From Xylanibacter ruminicola 23 (GTDB taxonomy: Bacteria; Bacteroidota; Bacteroidia; Bacteroidales; Bacteroidaceae), in assembly GCF_000025925.1 (NCBI RefSeq), contig NC_014033.1:3120001-3152000 (forward strand): a DNA stretch of 32,000 nucleotides, read 5' to 3'. Below the pieces are notes generated by a model. It was not told the DNA's origin. It worked only from the letters and a program-made list of their open reading frames with translations, and made no database searches. Shown piece after piece: positions 24,557-32,000 of the stretch (position 1 is its first letter; each line of letters starts with the position of its first letter). Position numbers and translations under genes: made by a program.

Positions 24557-25786
24557 ATGGCAAATTACAATACTTATACCCTTGACAATGGCTTGCGCAT
24601 TATCCACAAGCCCTCGGTGGCCGAGGTGGTTTACTGCGGTTACCAGATAGCTGCCGGCACACGCGATGAGTTGCCTGGCGAGGAGGGTATGGCCCATTTT
24701 TGCGAACATCTGACGTTTAAGGGCACCGAGCATCGCAACGCCATCCAGATTATCAATGGTTTGGAGCAGTTGGGTGGCGACCTGAATGCCTTTACCAATA
24801 AGGAGGATACCACGTTTTATGCAGCCATCCAGAAGGAGCATATAGCCAAAGCCATCTCGCTGCTTACCGATATGGTGTTTCACAGCACCTATCCCCAGCA
24901 CGAGATTGATAAGGAGGTAGAGGTTATCTGCGATGAGATTGAGAGTTATAACGACTCGCCTGCTGAGCTGATTTACGATGAGTTCGAGAATATGCTGTTC
25001 GAGGGTCATCCCCTGGGGCATAACATCTTGGGCAATGCCGATCAGCTGCGTACCTATAAAACCGCTGATGCCTTACGATTTGTAAAGCGTAACTACCGTC
25101 CTGACAACGCCATTTTCTTTGTGTATGGCAATGTGGATTTCAAACGTCTGGTAAAAATGGTAGAGAAAGCGCAGACTTTTGGTCAGGCGCCAACCGAACA
25201 GCAACCCACGTTGGTTGACAAGCCCACAGCGGTTCCTGCCAAATCGCTTACCAAGGATATTGGTTCGCACCAGGCACATGTGATGTTAGGCACACGTAGC
25301 TACGACATCCACCATCCTTTGCGTATCCCTTTGTATCTGTTGAATAACATTCTTGGCGGACCCAGCATGAATGCCCGCTTGAACCTGGCTTTACGCGAGC
25401 GTAATGGCTTGGTTTATACCGTTGAGAGTACCATGGTAAGCTACAGCGATACTGGCATGTGGAGCATTTATTTTGGTTGCGACCCACACGATGTACGTAA
25501 ATGCCTCCGCCTGGTGCGCCGCGAATTGGATAAGGTGATGCAGAAACCATTGAGCGACAACGCCTTACAGAAAGCCAAGCAGCAGTTGAAAGGTCAGATA
25601 GCCATTGCCTGCGACAATCGCGAACAGTTTGCACTCGACTTTGGTAAGAGTTTCCTGCATTATGGTTGGGAGAAAAACGTTGAAAAGCTGTTTGACAGTA
25701 TTGATAAGGTAACGGTTGACGACGTACAGAAGGTTGCAAACGAGTTGTTTGCTGCCGATAAGCTTTCAACCTTGATATTTAAATAG
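24557..25786 (+). CDS. M16-family (pitrilysin/insulinase-like) zinc peptidase
   Basis: It carries the inverted zinc motif HFCEH (HxxEH) followed by LTFKGT, and its ~410-aa size fits an M16B-like subunit. The ATG at 24557 is 1 nt after the queC stop, and the longer track ORF from 24398 overlaps queC. Confidence 0.85.
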   Translation: MANYNTYTLDNGLRIIHKPSVAEVVYCGYQIAAGTRDELPGEEGMAHFCEHLTFKGTEHRNAIQIINGLEQLGGDLNAFTNKEDTTFYAAIQKEHIAKAISLLTDMVFHSTYPQHEIDKEVEVICDEIESYNDSPAELIYDEFENMLFEGHPLGHNILGNADQLRTYKTADALRFVKRNYRPDNAIFFVYGNVDFKRLVKMVEKAQTFGQAPTEQQPTLVDKPTAVPAKSLTKDIGSHQAHVMLGTRSYDIHHPLRIPLYLLNNILGGPSMNARLNLALRERNGLVYTVESTMVSYSDTGMWSIYFGCDPHDVRKCLRLVRRELDKVMQKPLSDNALQKAKQQLKGQIAIACDNREQFALDFGKSFLHYGWEKNVEKLFDSIDKVTVDDVQKVANELFAADKLSTLIFK

Positions 25787-26273
25787 CTCGCAAATACTGG
25801 CGCATGGCCTTGCGGGCTGTACCTAAGCGATACTCTACGCTCTTGTAGTTCTCGCCTAAGAAATCGGATATCTCGCTCACCTTCATACCATCGTAGATAT
25901 GAAGACGATACACCTCGCGACAGTTCTCTGGCAGTCGTGCCAGTCCGCGTTCCAGCTGTTCGGTTATCTCTCTGATAGAGTAAACCGAATCGGCCGAAAG
26001 TTCCTCGCTACACACCTCTCGGATATAATGCTCGTAGTCGTTGGCGTAGATACGTCGACGGTAAAAGTCGCATATCATGTGGCGTGCTGTGGTATATGCT
26101 AAGGCTGGTAAGGTGGTTTCGGTGATTAATTTGGTGGAAGTGAGCAGACGCAGAAACACGTTCTGAACCACGTCTTCTGCCTCTGCTCTGCCACCAAGAC
26201 GAGTACTGACGTAAGTCAGCAACTCGTCGCGATGAGTAATGTAATAATTGGTTATAAATTGGTGATTAATCAT
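25779..26273 (-). CDS. ECF-type RNA polymerase sigma-70 family factor
   Basis: Region 2 reads AEDVVQNVFLRLL...ICDFYRR, and the region 4 HTH reads MKVSEISDFLGENYKSVEYRLGTARKAMRQYL. It is 164 aa and overlaps the GH43 stop by 8 nt (ATGATTAA). Confidence 0.85.
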   Translation of the reverse strand: MINHQFITNYYITHRDELLTYVSTRLGGRAEAEDVVQNVFLRLLTSTKLITETTLPALAYTTARHMICDFYRRRIYANDYEHYIREVCSEELSADSVYSIREITEQLERGLARLPENCREVYRLHIYDGMKVSEISDFLGENYKSVEYRLGTARKAMRQYLRAI

Positions 26274-27273
26274 TCACAACCTTTTGAATAGTTCCATCCT
26301 CGTTATAGAACAAACGCTGAACTTTGAGCGAACGCAGATGGGTAATATCGTTAGAAGGTACGCAGTCGTGATAGAACAGGAACCACTCGCCCTTGTACTC
26401 TACGATAGAGTGGTGGGTAGTCCAACCTACAACGGGATCAAGAATCACACCCTGATAGGTGAATGGTCCGTAAGGATTGTCGCCGATACCATAGCACAGC
26501 ATGTGGCTGTCGCCAGTTGAATAGCTGAAGTAGTACTTGCCGTTGTATTTGTGCATCCATGAAGCCTCGAAGAAACGGTGAGGATCGCCAGCCTTCAGGG
26601 GCTGTCCGTCCTTATCTACCACTACTACGCTACGTGGAGCCTCAGAGAACTGCAGCACGTCGTCGCTCATCTTAACTACAAAGCTCGACAGGGCAGGTAC
26701 ATCAGCAGGTGCAAACAGCTGAGTCTTCTTATCAGCAGCAGGGCCCAGGTCAACACCTTCCTTCACCAGTTTCTCAGGAGCCTGATACCACTGCAGCTGT
26801 CCACCCCACAATCCGCCAAAGTAGCAGTAAATCTGTCCGTCGTCGTCTTTAAACACGCTGGGGTCGATAGAGAACGAACCGCGGATAGGTTGATCCTGTG
26901 GAATGAATGGACCTTCGGGTTTATCAGCAACAGCTACACCCAGGTGGAATACACCATTGTAGTCCTTAGCCGAGAAAATCAGGTAGTACTTACCGTCCTT
27001 CTCTACGCAGTCGTTATCCCACATCTGCTTTTCGGCCCACTTTACGTCGGCAACATCCAGAATCTTGCCATAGTCGGTTACCTCGCCATTCTCTACGTCT
27101 TCCATAGAGATAACGTGATAGTCTTTCATCTGGAAGTGACCGCCGTCGTCGTCGAAGGCAGCACCAGCCTCCCAGTCGTGTGAGGGATATACATAAAGCT
27201 TACCATTAAACACATTAGCAGATGGGTCTGCATAATAATCTTTTGGATAAAGATAGCGTGGTTTCATATTCAC
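26266..27273 (-). CDS. GH43 beta-xylosidase/alpha-L-arabinofuranosidase, cytoplasmic (no signal peptide)
   Basis: It has YYADPSANVF (catalytic Asp region), SIDPSVFKDDDG and FFEASWMHKYNGKYYF (catalytic Glu region), consistent with a five-bladed propeller family pattern. Confidence 0.88.
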   Translation of the reverse strand: MNMKPRYLYPKDYYADPSANVFNGKLYVYPSHDWEAGAAFDDDGGHFQMKDYHVISMEDVENGEVTDYGKILDVADVKWAEKQMWDNDCVEKDGKYYLIFSAKDYNGVFHLGVAVADKPEGPFIPQDQPIRGSFSIDPSVFKDDDGQIYCYFGGLWGGQLQWYQAPEKLVKEGVDLGPAADKKTQLFAPADVPALSSFVVKMSDDVLQFSEAPRSVVVVDKDGQPLKAGDPHRFFEASWMHKYNGKYYFSYSTGDSHMLCYGIGDNPYGPFTYQGVILDPVVGWTTHHSIVEYKGEWFLFYHDCVPSNDITHLRSLKVQRLFYNEDGTIQKVVND

Positions 27274-27284
27274 ATTTTTTATAG

Positions 27285-28733
27285 TTAATAATCATTATTC
27301 TGGTTGGCAATCCTGCGGCGTGCCGACAGTTCTGCCTGCATATTCTCGTTATACTCTTTCGATATGGGGTAATAGTGCAGCGCCACCACACCTACCATGA
27401 ACAGCATGGCTGGCACAATGCTCGATACCAATCGGATACCCATAGTGGCACTCTCGTTCTGTATGGTAGTTTCGCCACCAGCTACATAGCCGAACATCGA
27501 AATGATGATGCCTGCGATAGCGCCTCCAAAGCCTAATCCTAACTTCAGGGCCAGCACGATGCCTGAGAAGCAGAAGCCTGTGGCACGGCGATGACTCTCG
27601 TATTCGATATGGTCGGCCACATCGCCAATCATAGCCCACAGCAGTGGGATGGTAGGCGCATAAGCCAATGAGCGCAGGAAGTTAATCACAAACAGCAATC
27701 CTACATCGGTGGGCTCTGGGATATAGAACAGGGCAGTAAGGAATGCCGTCAGACTCAGACATACCTTGAAGGTCTTCTTCTTACCAAACTTGTTGGCCAG
27801 ATAGCGCGACAAGCAGATAACACCTACAAACTGCACGATGGCGCCCGTCATGTTAAAGGCCGAGAAGCCGATAGAGTAGGCATTATTAAAGTCGAGACTG
27901 ATGAAATGCGACATGAAATCGTATAGTGACTTCTGATCCACATTGTATTGGAAGTAGAAGTTCATGGCCGATCCCCACATGGCTAACGTTACGAACAGCG
28001 CAAATGTGAGTAATGCCATTGCATTCCACGATACATTCGAAACCGTATTTTTAATGTCCTCTTTCACACTGAGCTGTTGGCGTGGAGGCGGCTGTATGCG
28101 CTCCTTCGACACAGCAAACGTGATGATAAAGAACACAAAGGCGATGCAGGCAAAGATGGCGATGGTGCAACTCCAGCCATGCTGCAAGGTGTGCCCCTCG
28201 GCAAAGTGATCTACCAAAGGTAATGTAAGACCCTGTACCACGAACTGCGCAATGGTTACTACCACAAAACGGATGGTGGTAATGCTGGTGCGTTCGCGAA
28301 TATCGCTGGTCATCACACCGCCTAAAGAAGAATAAGGTATATTATTAAAGGAGTAGGCCGTCATTAGCAACACATAACTGATGGTTGCGTAGATGGCTAC
28401 CGAACTTTTCTGGTGAATGCCTGGATTATAGAATGCCAACATATAGAATACGCAGAAGGGGATAACGGTCCAAAGCATCCAAGGACGGAATTTACCCCAA
28501 CGGGTGTTGGTATGATCAGTAAGCAAACCGATGGCAGGATCAACGATGATGGCCGAAATGCTGGCTATCATCAGCACCGAACCAGCAACAGCTCCGTCGA
28601 GTCCAAATACATCGGTATAGAACTTCAACTGGAAAATCATCATCATTTGGAATACCAAGTTAGCAGCGGCATCTCCTAACGAATAGCCGACCTTCTCACC
28701 TAATGATACCTGTTGCGATGATAATTTGTTCAT
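27285..28733 (-). CDS. Glycoside-pentoside-hexuronide (GPH):cation symporter, MFS superfamily (xyloside/oligosaccharide transporter-like)
   Basis: It has GEKVGYSLGDAAANLVFQ and the GPH signature DHTNTRWGKFRPWMLW, with about 12 TM segments. A TACCTTTG -7 box on the minus strand lies at 28757-28764. Confidence 0.88.
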   Translation of the reverse strand: MNKLSSQQVSLGEKVGYSLGDAAANLVFQMMMIFQLKFYTDVFGLDGAVAGSVLMIASISAIIVDPAIGLLTDHTNTRWGKFRPWMLWTVIPFCVFYMLAFYNPGIHQKSSVAIYATISYVLLMTAYSFNNIPYSSLGGVMTSDIRERTSITTIRFVVVTIAQFVVQGLTLPLVDHFAEGHTLQHGWSCTIAIFACIAFVFFIITFAVSKERIQPPPRQQLSVKEDIKNTVSNVSWNAMALLTFALFVTLAMWGSAMNFYFQYNVDQKSLYDFMSHFISLDFNNAYSIGFSAFNMTGAIVQFVGVICLSRYLANKFGKKKTFKVCLSLTAFLTALFYIPEPTDVGLLFVINFLRSLAYAPTIPLLWAMIGDVADHIEYESHRRATGFCFSGIVLALKLGLGFGGAIAGIIISMFGYVAGGETTIQNESATMGIRLVSSIVPAMLFMVGVVALHYYPISKEYNENMQAELSARRRIANQNNDY

Positions 28734-28756
28734 ATCTGTTGAAAATAAAACTGCTG

Positions 28757-28764
28757 CAAAGGTA
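28757..28764 (-). promoter_or_regulatory. Bacteroidota -7 box TACCTTTG for the GPH-GH43-sigma operon
   Basis: The minus strand reads TACCTTTGcagcag, about 23 nt upstream of the ATG at 28733. Confidence 0.5.
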
Positions 28765-28810
28765 GTGAAAAATCGGCGAGTTTATATTTTAAATTGTTAC
28801 AGATGTTTTT

Positions 28811-28846
28811 CAAAATGTGTCATTGCATAACAAAATGACTCATTTT
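28811..28846. promoter_or_regulatory. Candidate operator: the 15-bp palindrome AAAATGAcTCATTTT plus an upstream half-related copy
   Basis: CAAAATGTGTCATT lies at 28811-28824 and CAAAATGACTCATT at 28831-28844, matching 12/14 with a 20-bp period. AAAATGA-C-TCATTTT at 28832-28846 is a perfect 7-1-7 inverted repeat. The site sits between two divergent -7 boxes. Confidence 0.4.
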
Positions 28847-28870
28847 GGCGGTTTCATCGCAGATTTTTCT

Positions 28871-28878
28871 TAATTTTG
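28871..28878 (+). promoter_or_regulatory. Bacteroidota -7 box TAATTTTG for the esterase-GPH operon
   Basis: It matches the TAnnTTTG consensus and lies 19 nt upstream of the ATG at 28898. Confidence 0.5.
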
Positions 28879-28897
28879 TGACCTCAAAGCAACAATT

Positions 28898-30850
28898 ATG
28901 AAGAAAATTATATTTTTTTGCGCAACACTATTTTGTTTGTCAGTTGCCGATGCAAAAGTAACCATGCCTAAACTGTTCCAGTCGGGTATGGTGGTGCAAC
29001 GTGGCAAACTCATACCTGTTTGGGGCCATGCCGATGCCGGCGAAGCCGTAACCGTACGCTTCAACAAGAAGGTGTATCAAACTACCGCCGATGCCGATGG
29101 CCGATGGCGTGTTGACCTGCCTAAGATGAAAGCAGGTGGCCCTTATCAGTTAACGGTCAACGATCAAACGATTGATAATATTCTGGTGGGTGATGTATGG
29201 CTGCTCTCTGGTCAGTCGAACATTGATGTAACCATCGAGCGTGTTTATCCGCAGTACACTCAGGAGATTGATAACTACGAGAATAATGAAATCCGCTTGT
29301 TCCGTGTGCAGAACGAAACCAGCACCCATGGTGTAAAGGAGGATATCCGCCATACTAACATCAACTGGAAACCTGTGAACAAGCAGAATGCCTGGTTGTT
29401 CTCGGCTGCCGGCTATTTCTTGGGTAAGCGCATGTTCCAGACCAACAAGGTGCCTCAGGGCATTATTGTTAACAGCTGGGGCGGCACACCCATCGAGGCT
29501 TGGATTAGCGAGGATTCGCTGAAGGCCGACTATCCCATGCTGATTAAAAAGCTGCAGATGTATCAGAACGATAATTATGTACGCGCACAAATGCAGGCCA
29601 ATGGCGCTGCCAACCAGCAGTGGGAAAGCATTCTGAACCAGACCGACCCAGGTTATGCCGATGTGGCTGTAGATGAAACCTCATGGCAGCAGATTGATCA
29701 GAACAACTGGACCTGGCGCGGCACAGGTAGCGTTTGGCTCCGACAGCATATCACGATTGATAAGGAACACGCAGGAAAACCTGCCCGCCTGTTGTTGGGT
29801 ACCCTGTTTGATCGCGATGTAACCTATCTGAACGGCAAGCAGATTGGACAAACGGGTTATCAGTATCCCCCACGCCGCTATGATATCCCCGAGGGTATGC
29901 TGAAAGAGGGCGATAATGTAATTGCCATCCGTTTTATCAATAAGTTCGGCGCTGTACATTTCATTCCCGAAAAGCCTTACATGTTGTGTTTTGGCGACGA
30001 CCGCCTGTCGCAGAACCCCATGCCCAAGGATGTGCAGCCACTCAGTCAGCTGTGGAAGATGAAGGTGGGTGCCGAAATGCCCCAGTGCCCCAGCAGCGAC
30101 GTATCGTTACAGAACCTGCCCACCACACTGTATAATGCCGTGCTGTATCCATTGGCACCTTATGCCATCAATGGCGTGGTATGGTATCAGGGCGAGTCGA
30201 ATACTGGCAATCCTGCCCCCTATGCCGACCATCTGAAAAAGCTGATGGGTAGCTGGCGCGATCGCTGGAACGACCTGCAGATGCCGTTCGTGATTGTGCA
30301 GTTGGCCAACTACGACGGTCGCCAGCAGACAGGCTTCCCACGTCCCATCACCCCACAGACAGAGCCTGTAAACAGCGGTTGGGCACAGTTGCGCGAGGCT
30401 CAGCGTGTAGTGGCTAAGGCCGATGCCAAAGCCGAACTGGCTGTGATTAACGACCTGGGTGAGACGGTTGACATCCATCCCCTTCGTAAAAAAGAGGTGG
30501 CCGAGCGTATCGGCTTGTGTTTTGATAAGCTCTTATATAATAATAAGGTGAAGCTGTCGCCCGAGGTGGTATCTACCCAGGTGAGTGATGCAGCTATCCA
30601 GCTCACACTCGACCAGCCCATACAGGAAGGCGACCTCTATACATTCGAGGTTTGCAACAATGGTAACAATACATACCAGAATGTGCCTGCTGTCGGCAAG
30701 GGTAATGTGATAACCCTTCTCGTACCTCAAGCTTCGCAAGCATCAGCCTTGAAAATCCGCTATGCCTGGAAGGACGATCCCAAGCAGGCCAACGTTCGCT
30801 CGCTGAGCGGACTGCCCATGAGTTCATTCGAATTATCAATTAATAACTAA
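28898..30850 (+). CDS. SASA-family carbohydrate O-acetylesterase (sialate 9-O-acetylesterase-like; plausibly an acetyl-xylan/oligosaccharide esterase in this context), secreted
   Basis: It has a signal peptide, then VWLLSGQSNID (GQSN motif) and GVVWYQGESN, both typical of the sialate O-acetylesterase family. It is 650 aa. Confidence 0.8.
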   Translation: MKKIIFFCATLFCLSVADAKVTMPKLFQSGMVVQRGKLIPVWGHADAGEAVTVRFNKKVYQTTADADGRWRVDLPKMKAGGPYQLTVNDQTIDNILVGDVWLLSGQSNIDVTIERVYPQYTQEIDNYENNEIRLFRVQNETSTHGVKEDIRHTNINWKPVNKQNAWLFSAAGYFLGKRMFQTNKVPQGIIVNSWGGTPIEAWISEDSLKADYPMLIKKLQMYQNDNYVRAQMQANGAANQQWESILNQTDPGYADVAVDETSWQQIDQNNWTWRGTGSVWLRQHITIDKEHAGKPARLLLGTLFDRDVTYLNGKQIGQTGYQYPPRRYDIPEGMLKEGDNVIAIRFINKFGAVHFIPEKPYMLCFGDDRLSQNPMPKDVQPLSQLWKMKVGAEMPQCPSSDVSLQNLPTTLYNAVLYPLAPYAINGVVWYQGESNTGNPAPYADHLKKLMGSWRDRWNDLQMPFVIVQLANYDGRQQTGFPRPITPQTEPVNSGWAQLREAQRVVAKADAKAELAVINDLGETVDIHPLRKKEVAERIGLCFDKLLYNNKVKLSPEVVSTQVSDAAIQLTLDQPIQEGDLYTFEVCNNGNNTYQNVPAVGKGNVITLLVPQASQASALKIRYAWKDDPKQANVRSLSGLPMSSFELSINN

Positions 30851-30858
30851 TAAATAAT

Positions 30859-32000
30859 ATGAGTACATCTAACGAAACCAAAGGCTTCTACAAGCTTTCG
30901 TGGCTCCAGCGCATCGGCTATGGATCGGGCGACCTGGCGCAGAATCTTATTTTCCAGACAGTAGCATGTTACCTCATGCTTTATCTGACTACAGTACTGA
31001 AGATTAATCCGGCATTTGTAAGCGGACTGATTCTTTCTGTCCGACTCATCGACTGCTTCTGGAGTCCTGTAGTGGGTCGTTATATCGACAACCGTAACCC
31101 CAAGTTGGGTAAGTATCGTGCCTATCTGCTGTATGGTGGTATCCCCTTGACGGTTGCTGCCTGCCTGCTTATGCTGCCACAGGCCGCTACCTGGTCGCCC
31201 AGCGTGAAGCTGATTTATGCCACCGTTAGCTATACCGTGCTTAGCATGATCTACTCGGTAGTAAATATTCCTTATGGCTCTATCATGGCCAGTATGACTC
31301 GCGATAACGACGAGGTGCTGAAGCTTACATCTACCCGTATGGTATGTGCCAACATCGGTCAGATTGTGGTTCAGGCTGGTTTCCCCATCGGTTTGGCTAT
31401 GGTAGCTCATACCATGATCGACTGGAACCAGGCTCTGTTCATGGCCATTGGTACCATTCCTGCCTTCGTTATCCTGCCCTCGCTGCCTATGCTGAAGAGC
31501 TGGTTGGGTAAGAAGGGCTTGTATTACCTGCTGCTCACCATTGGTTTTGTAGGTTTTGTCATCCTGTTTACCATTGGTAAGTTCTTCGATGTGGCCGAGC
31601 TCAATACATTGGTACAGACAGCTAAGGTGATGACAGGTGTTGGTTTGCTGGTTGGTTCGCTCATGTGGGCCCTTGTGCCTGAGGTAATTACCGAGGCCGA
31701 GTATCGTACAGGCAACCGTCCTGCTGCTACCGTTAACGCCCTGGCTGGTGTAGCCTTCAAGGCAGGTTTCTCAATCGCTGGTTGGATTACCCCACTGGTA
31801 ATGGGTATGATTGGTTTCGACCTGGCCAGCGAGGAGTCGGCTCTGCCTATCGATCCTACAGCTTGGTTTACCGTTACCTGCGTATTTGCTATTGTAGGTT
31901 TTGTACTGTTGCTTTACTGCTTCACAGGTTGTAAGGAGCGCATTGCCACTACACCCGAAAAGCCTGTTACCTATGGCGAGATGTTTGCCGAGTTCAAGGC
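30859..32000 (+). CDS. Second GPH-family MFS symporter, 3'-truncated by the window edge
   Basis: This is my own translation, since the ORF is absent from the track because no stop falls in the window: MSTSNETKGFYKLSWLQRIGYGSGDLAQNLIFQ...GRYIDNRNPKLGKYRAYLLYG (GPH signature). The frame stays open to position 32000. The minus-strand track ORFs at 30847-31410 and 31524-31760 are antisense shadows. Confidence 0.75.
   Translation, partial: MSTSNETKGFYKLSWLQRIGYGSGDLAQNLIFQTVACYLMLYLTTVLKINPAFVSGLILSVRLIDCFWSPVVGRYIDNRNPKLGKYRAYLLYGGIPLTVAACLLMLPQAATWSPSVKLIYATVSYTVLSMIYSVVNIPYGSIMASMTRDNDEVLKLTSTRMVCANIGQIVVQAGFPIGLAMVAHTMIDWNQALFMAIGTIPAFVILPSLPMLKSWLGKKGLYYLLLTIGFVGFVILFTIGKFFDVAELNTLVQTAKVMTGVGLLVGSLMWALVPEVITEAEYRTGNRPAATVNALAGVAFKAGFSIAGWITPLVMGMIGFDLASEESALPIDPTAWFTVTCVFAIVGFVLLLYCFTGCKERIATTPEKPVTYGEMFAEFK

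Noticed and set aside
28871-28882. TTTTGTGACC (reverse complement GGTCACAAAA) as a fifth copy of the TTCGTCACAAA box
   Set aside because: It is only a partial match with no second box 20 bp away. It coincides with the + strand TAATTTTG -7 box, and it has the wrong spacing and orientation relative to both neighbouring starts.
30847-31760. Minus-strand ORFs 30847-31410 and 31524-31760
   Set aside because: They lie antisense to an uninterrupted + strand frame that encodes a clear GPH-family symporter from 30859 to the window end. Their translations are low-complexity, Arg/Thr/His-rich shadow sequences.
1-32000. CRISPR arrays, tRNA/rRNA genes, prophage or defence-system genes (restriction-modification, Abi, toxin-antitoxin, retron, CBASS-like)
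   Set aside because: I saw no regularly spaced repeat-spacer array and no cloverleaf-like or rRNA-like segments. No nuclease, helicase, methyltransferase, reverse-transcriptase or cyclase signatures appear in any translated ORF. The GNATs lack adjacent RHH/DUF1778-type antitoxin partners.

Overview
The window looks like a Bacteroidota (Prevotella/Bacteroides-like) chromosomal segment. This is inferred from repeated TAnnTTTG -7 promoter boxes, the absence of Shine-Dalgarno-type leaders, and GH92/GH43/GH3 gene content. I saw no rRNA, tRNA, CRISPR array, transposase or integrase.

The window divides into three parts.

(1) 1-9917: a co-directional (+) accessory island of about 14 small genes with stress or xenobiotic-modification functions. 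It holds five GNAT acetyltransferases, two iron-sulfur-flavoprotein-like reductases, two alpha/beta hydrolases, a PNPOx-like protein, a DJ-1/PfpI-VOC fusion and a DUF418 membrane protein. The island is split into transcription units by a recurring promoter-operator module of about 75 bp.

(2) 10076-23818: a membrane-anchored LytTR protein sits divergent from a SusD-less outer-membrane beta-barrel receptor and a GH3 gene. These converge on a minus-strand operon of GH92, a TPR sensor histidine kinase, and a histidine-phosphatase::GH92 fusion.

(3) 23902-32000: queC and an M16 peptidase, followed by a xyloside-type locus. That locus has two GPH symporters, a cytoplasmic GH43, a SASA-type O-acetylesterase, and an ECF sigma factor coupled to GH43 with no anti-sigma partner.

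The strongest candidates for something undescribed are:
- the four-copy direct-repeat operator/promoter module, whose fourth copy abuts the receiver-less LytTR gene, suggesting a putative LytTR regulon
- the phosphatase-GH92 fusion operon with an embedded orphan kinase
- a 3 x 22-bp tandem repeat read in all three frames inside a GH92 linker
- a 24-bp perfect direct repeat bracketing a two-gene insertion

All functional calls come from motif recognition by eye. No database search was run.
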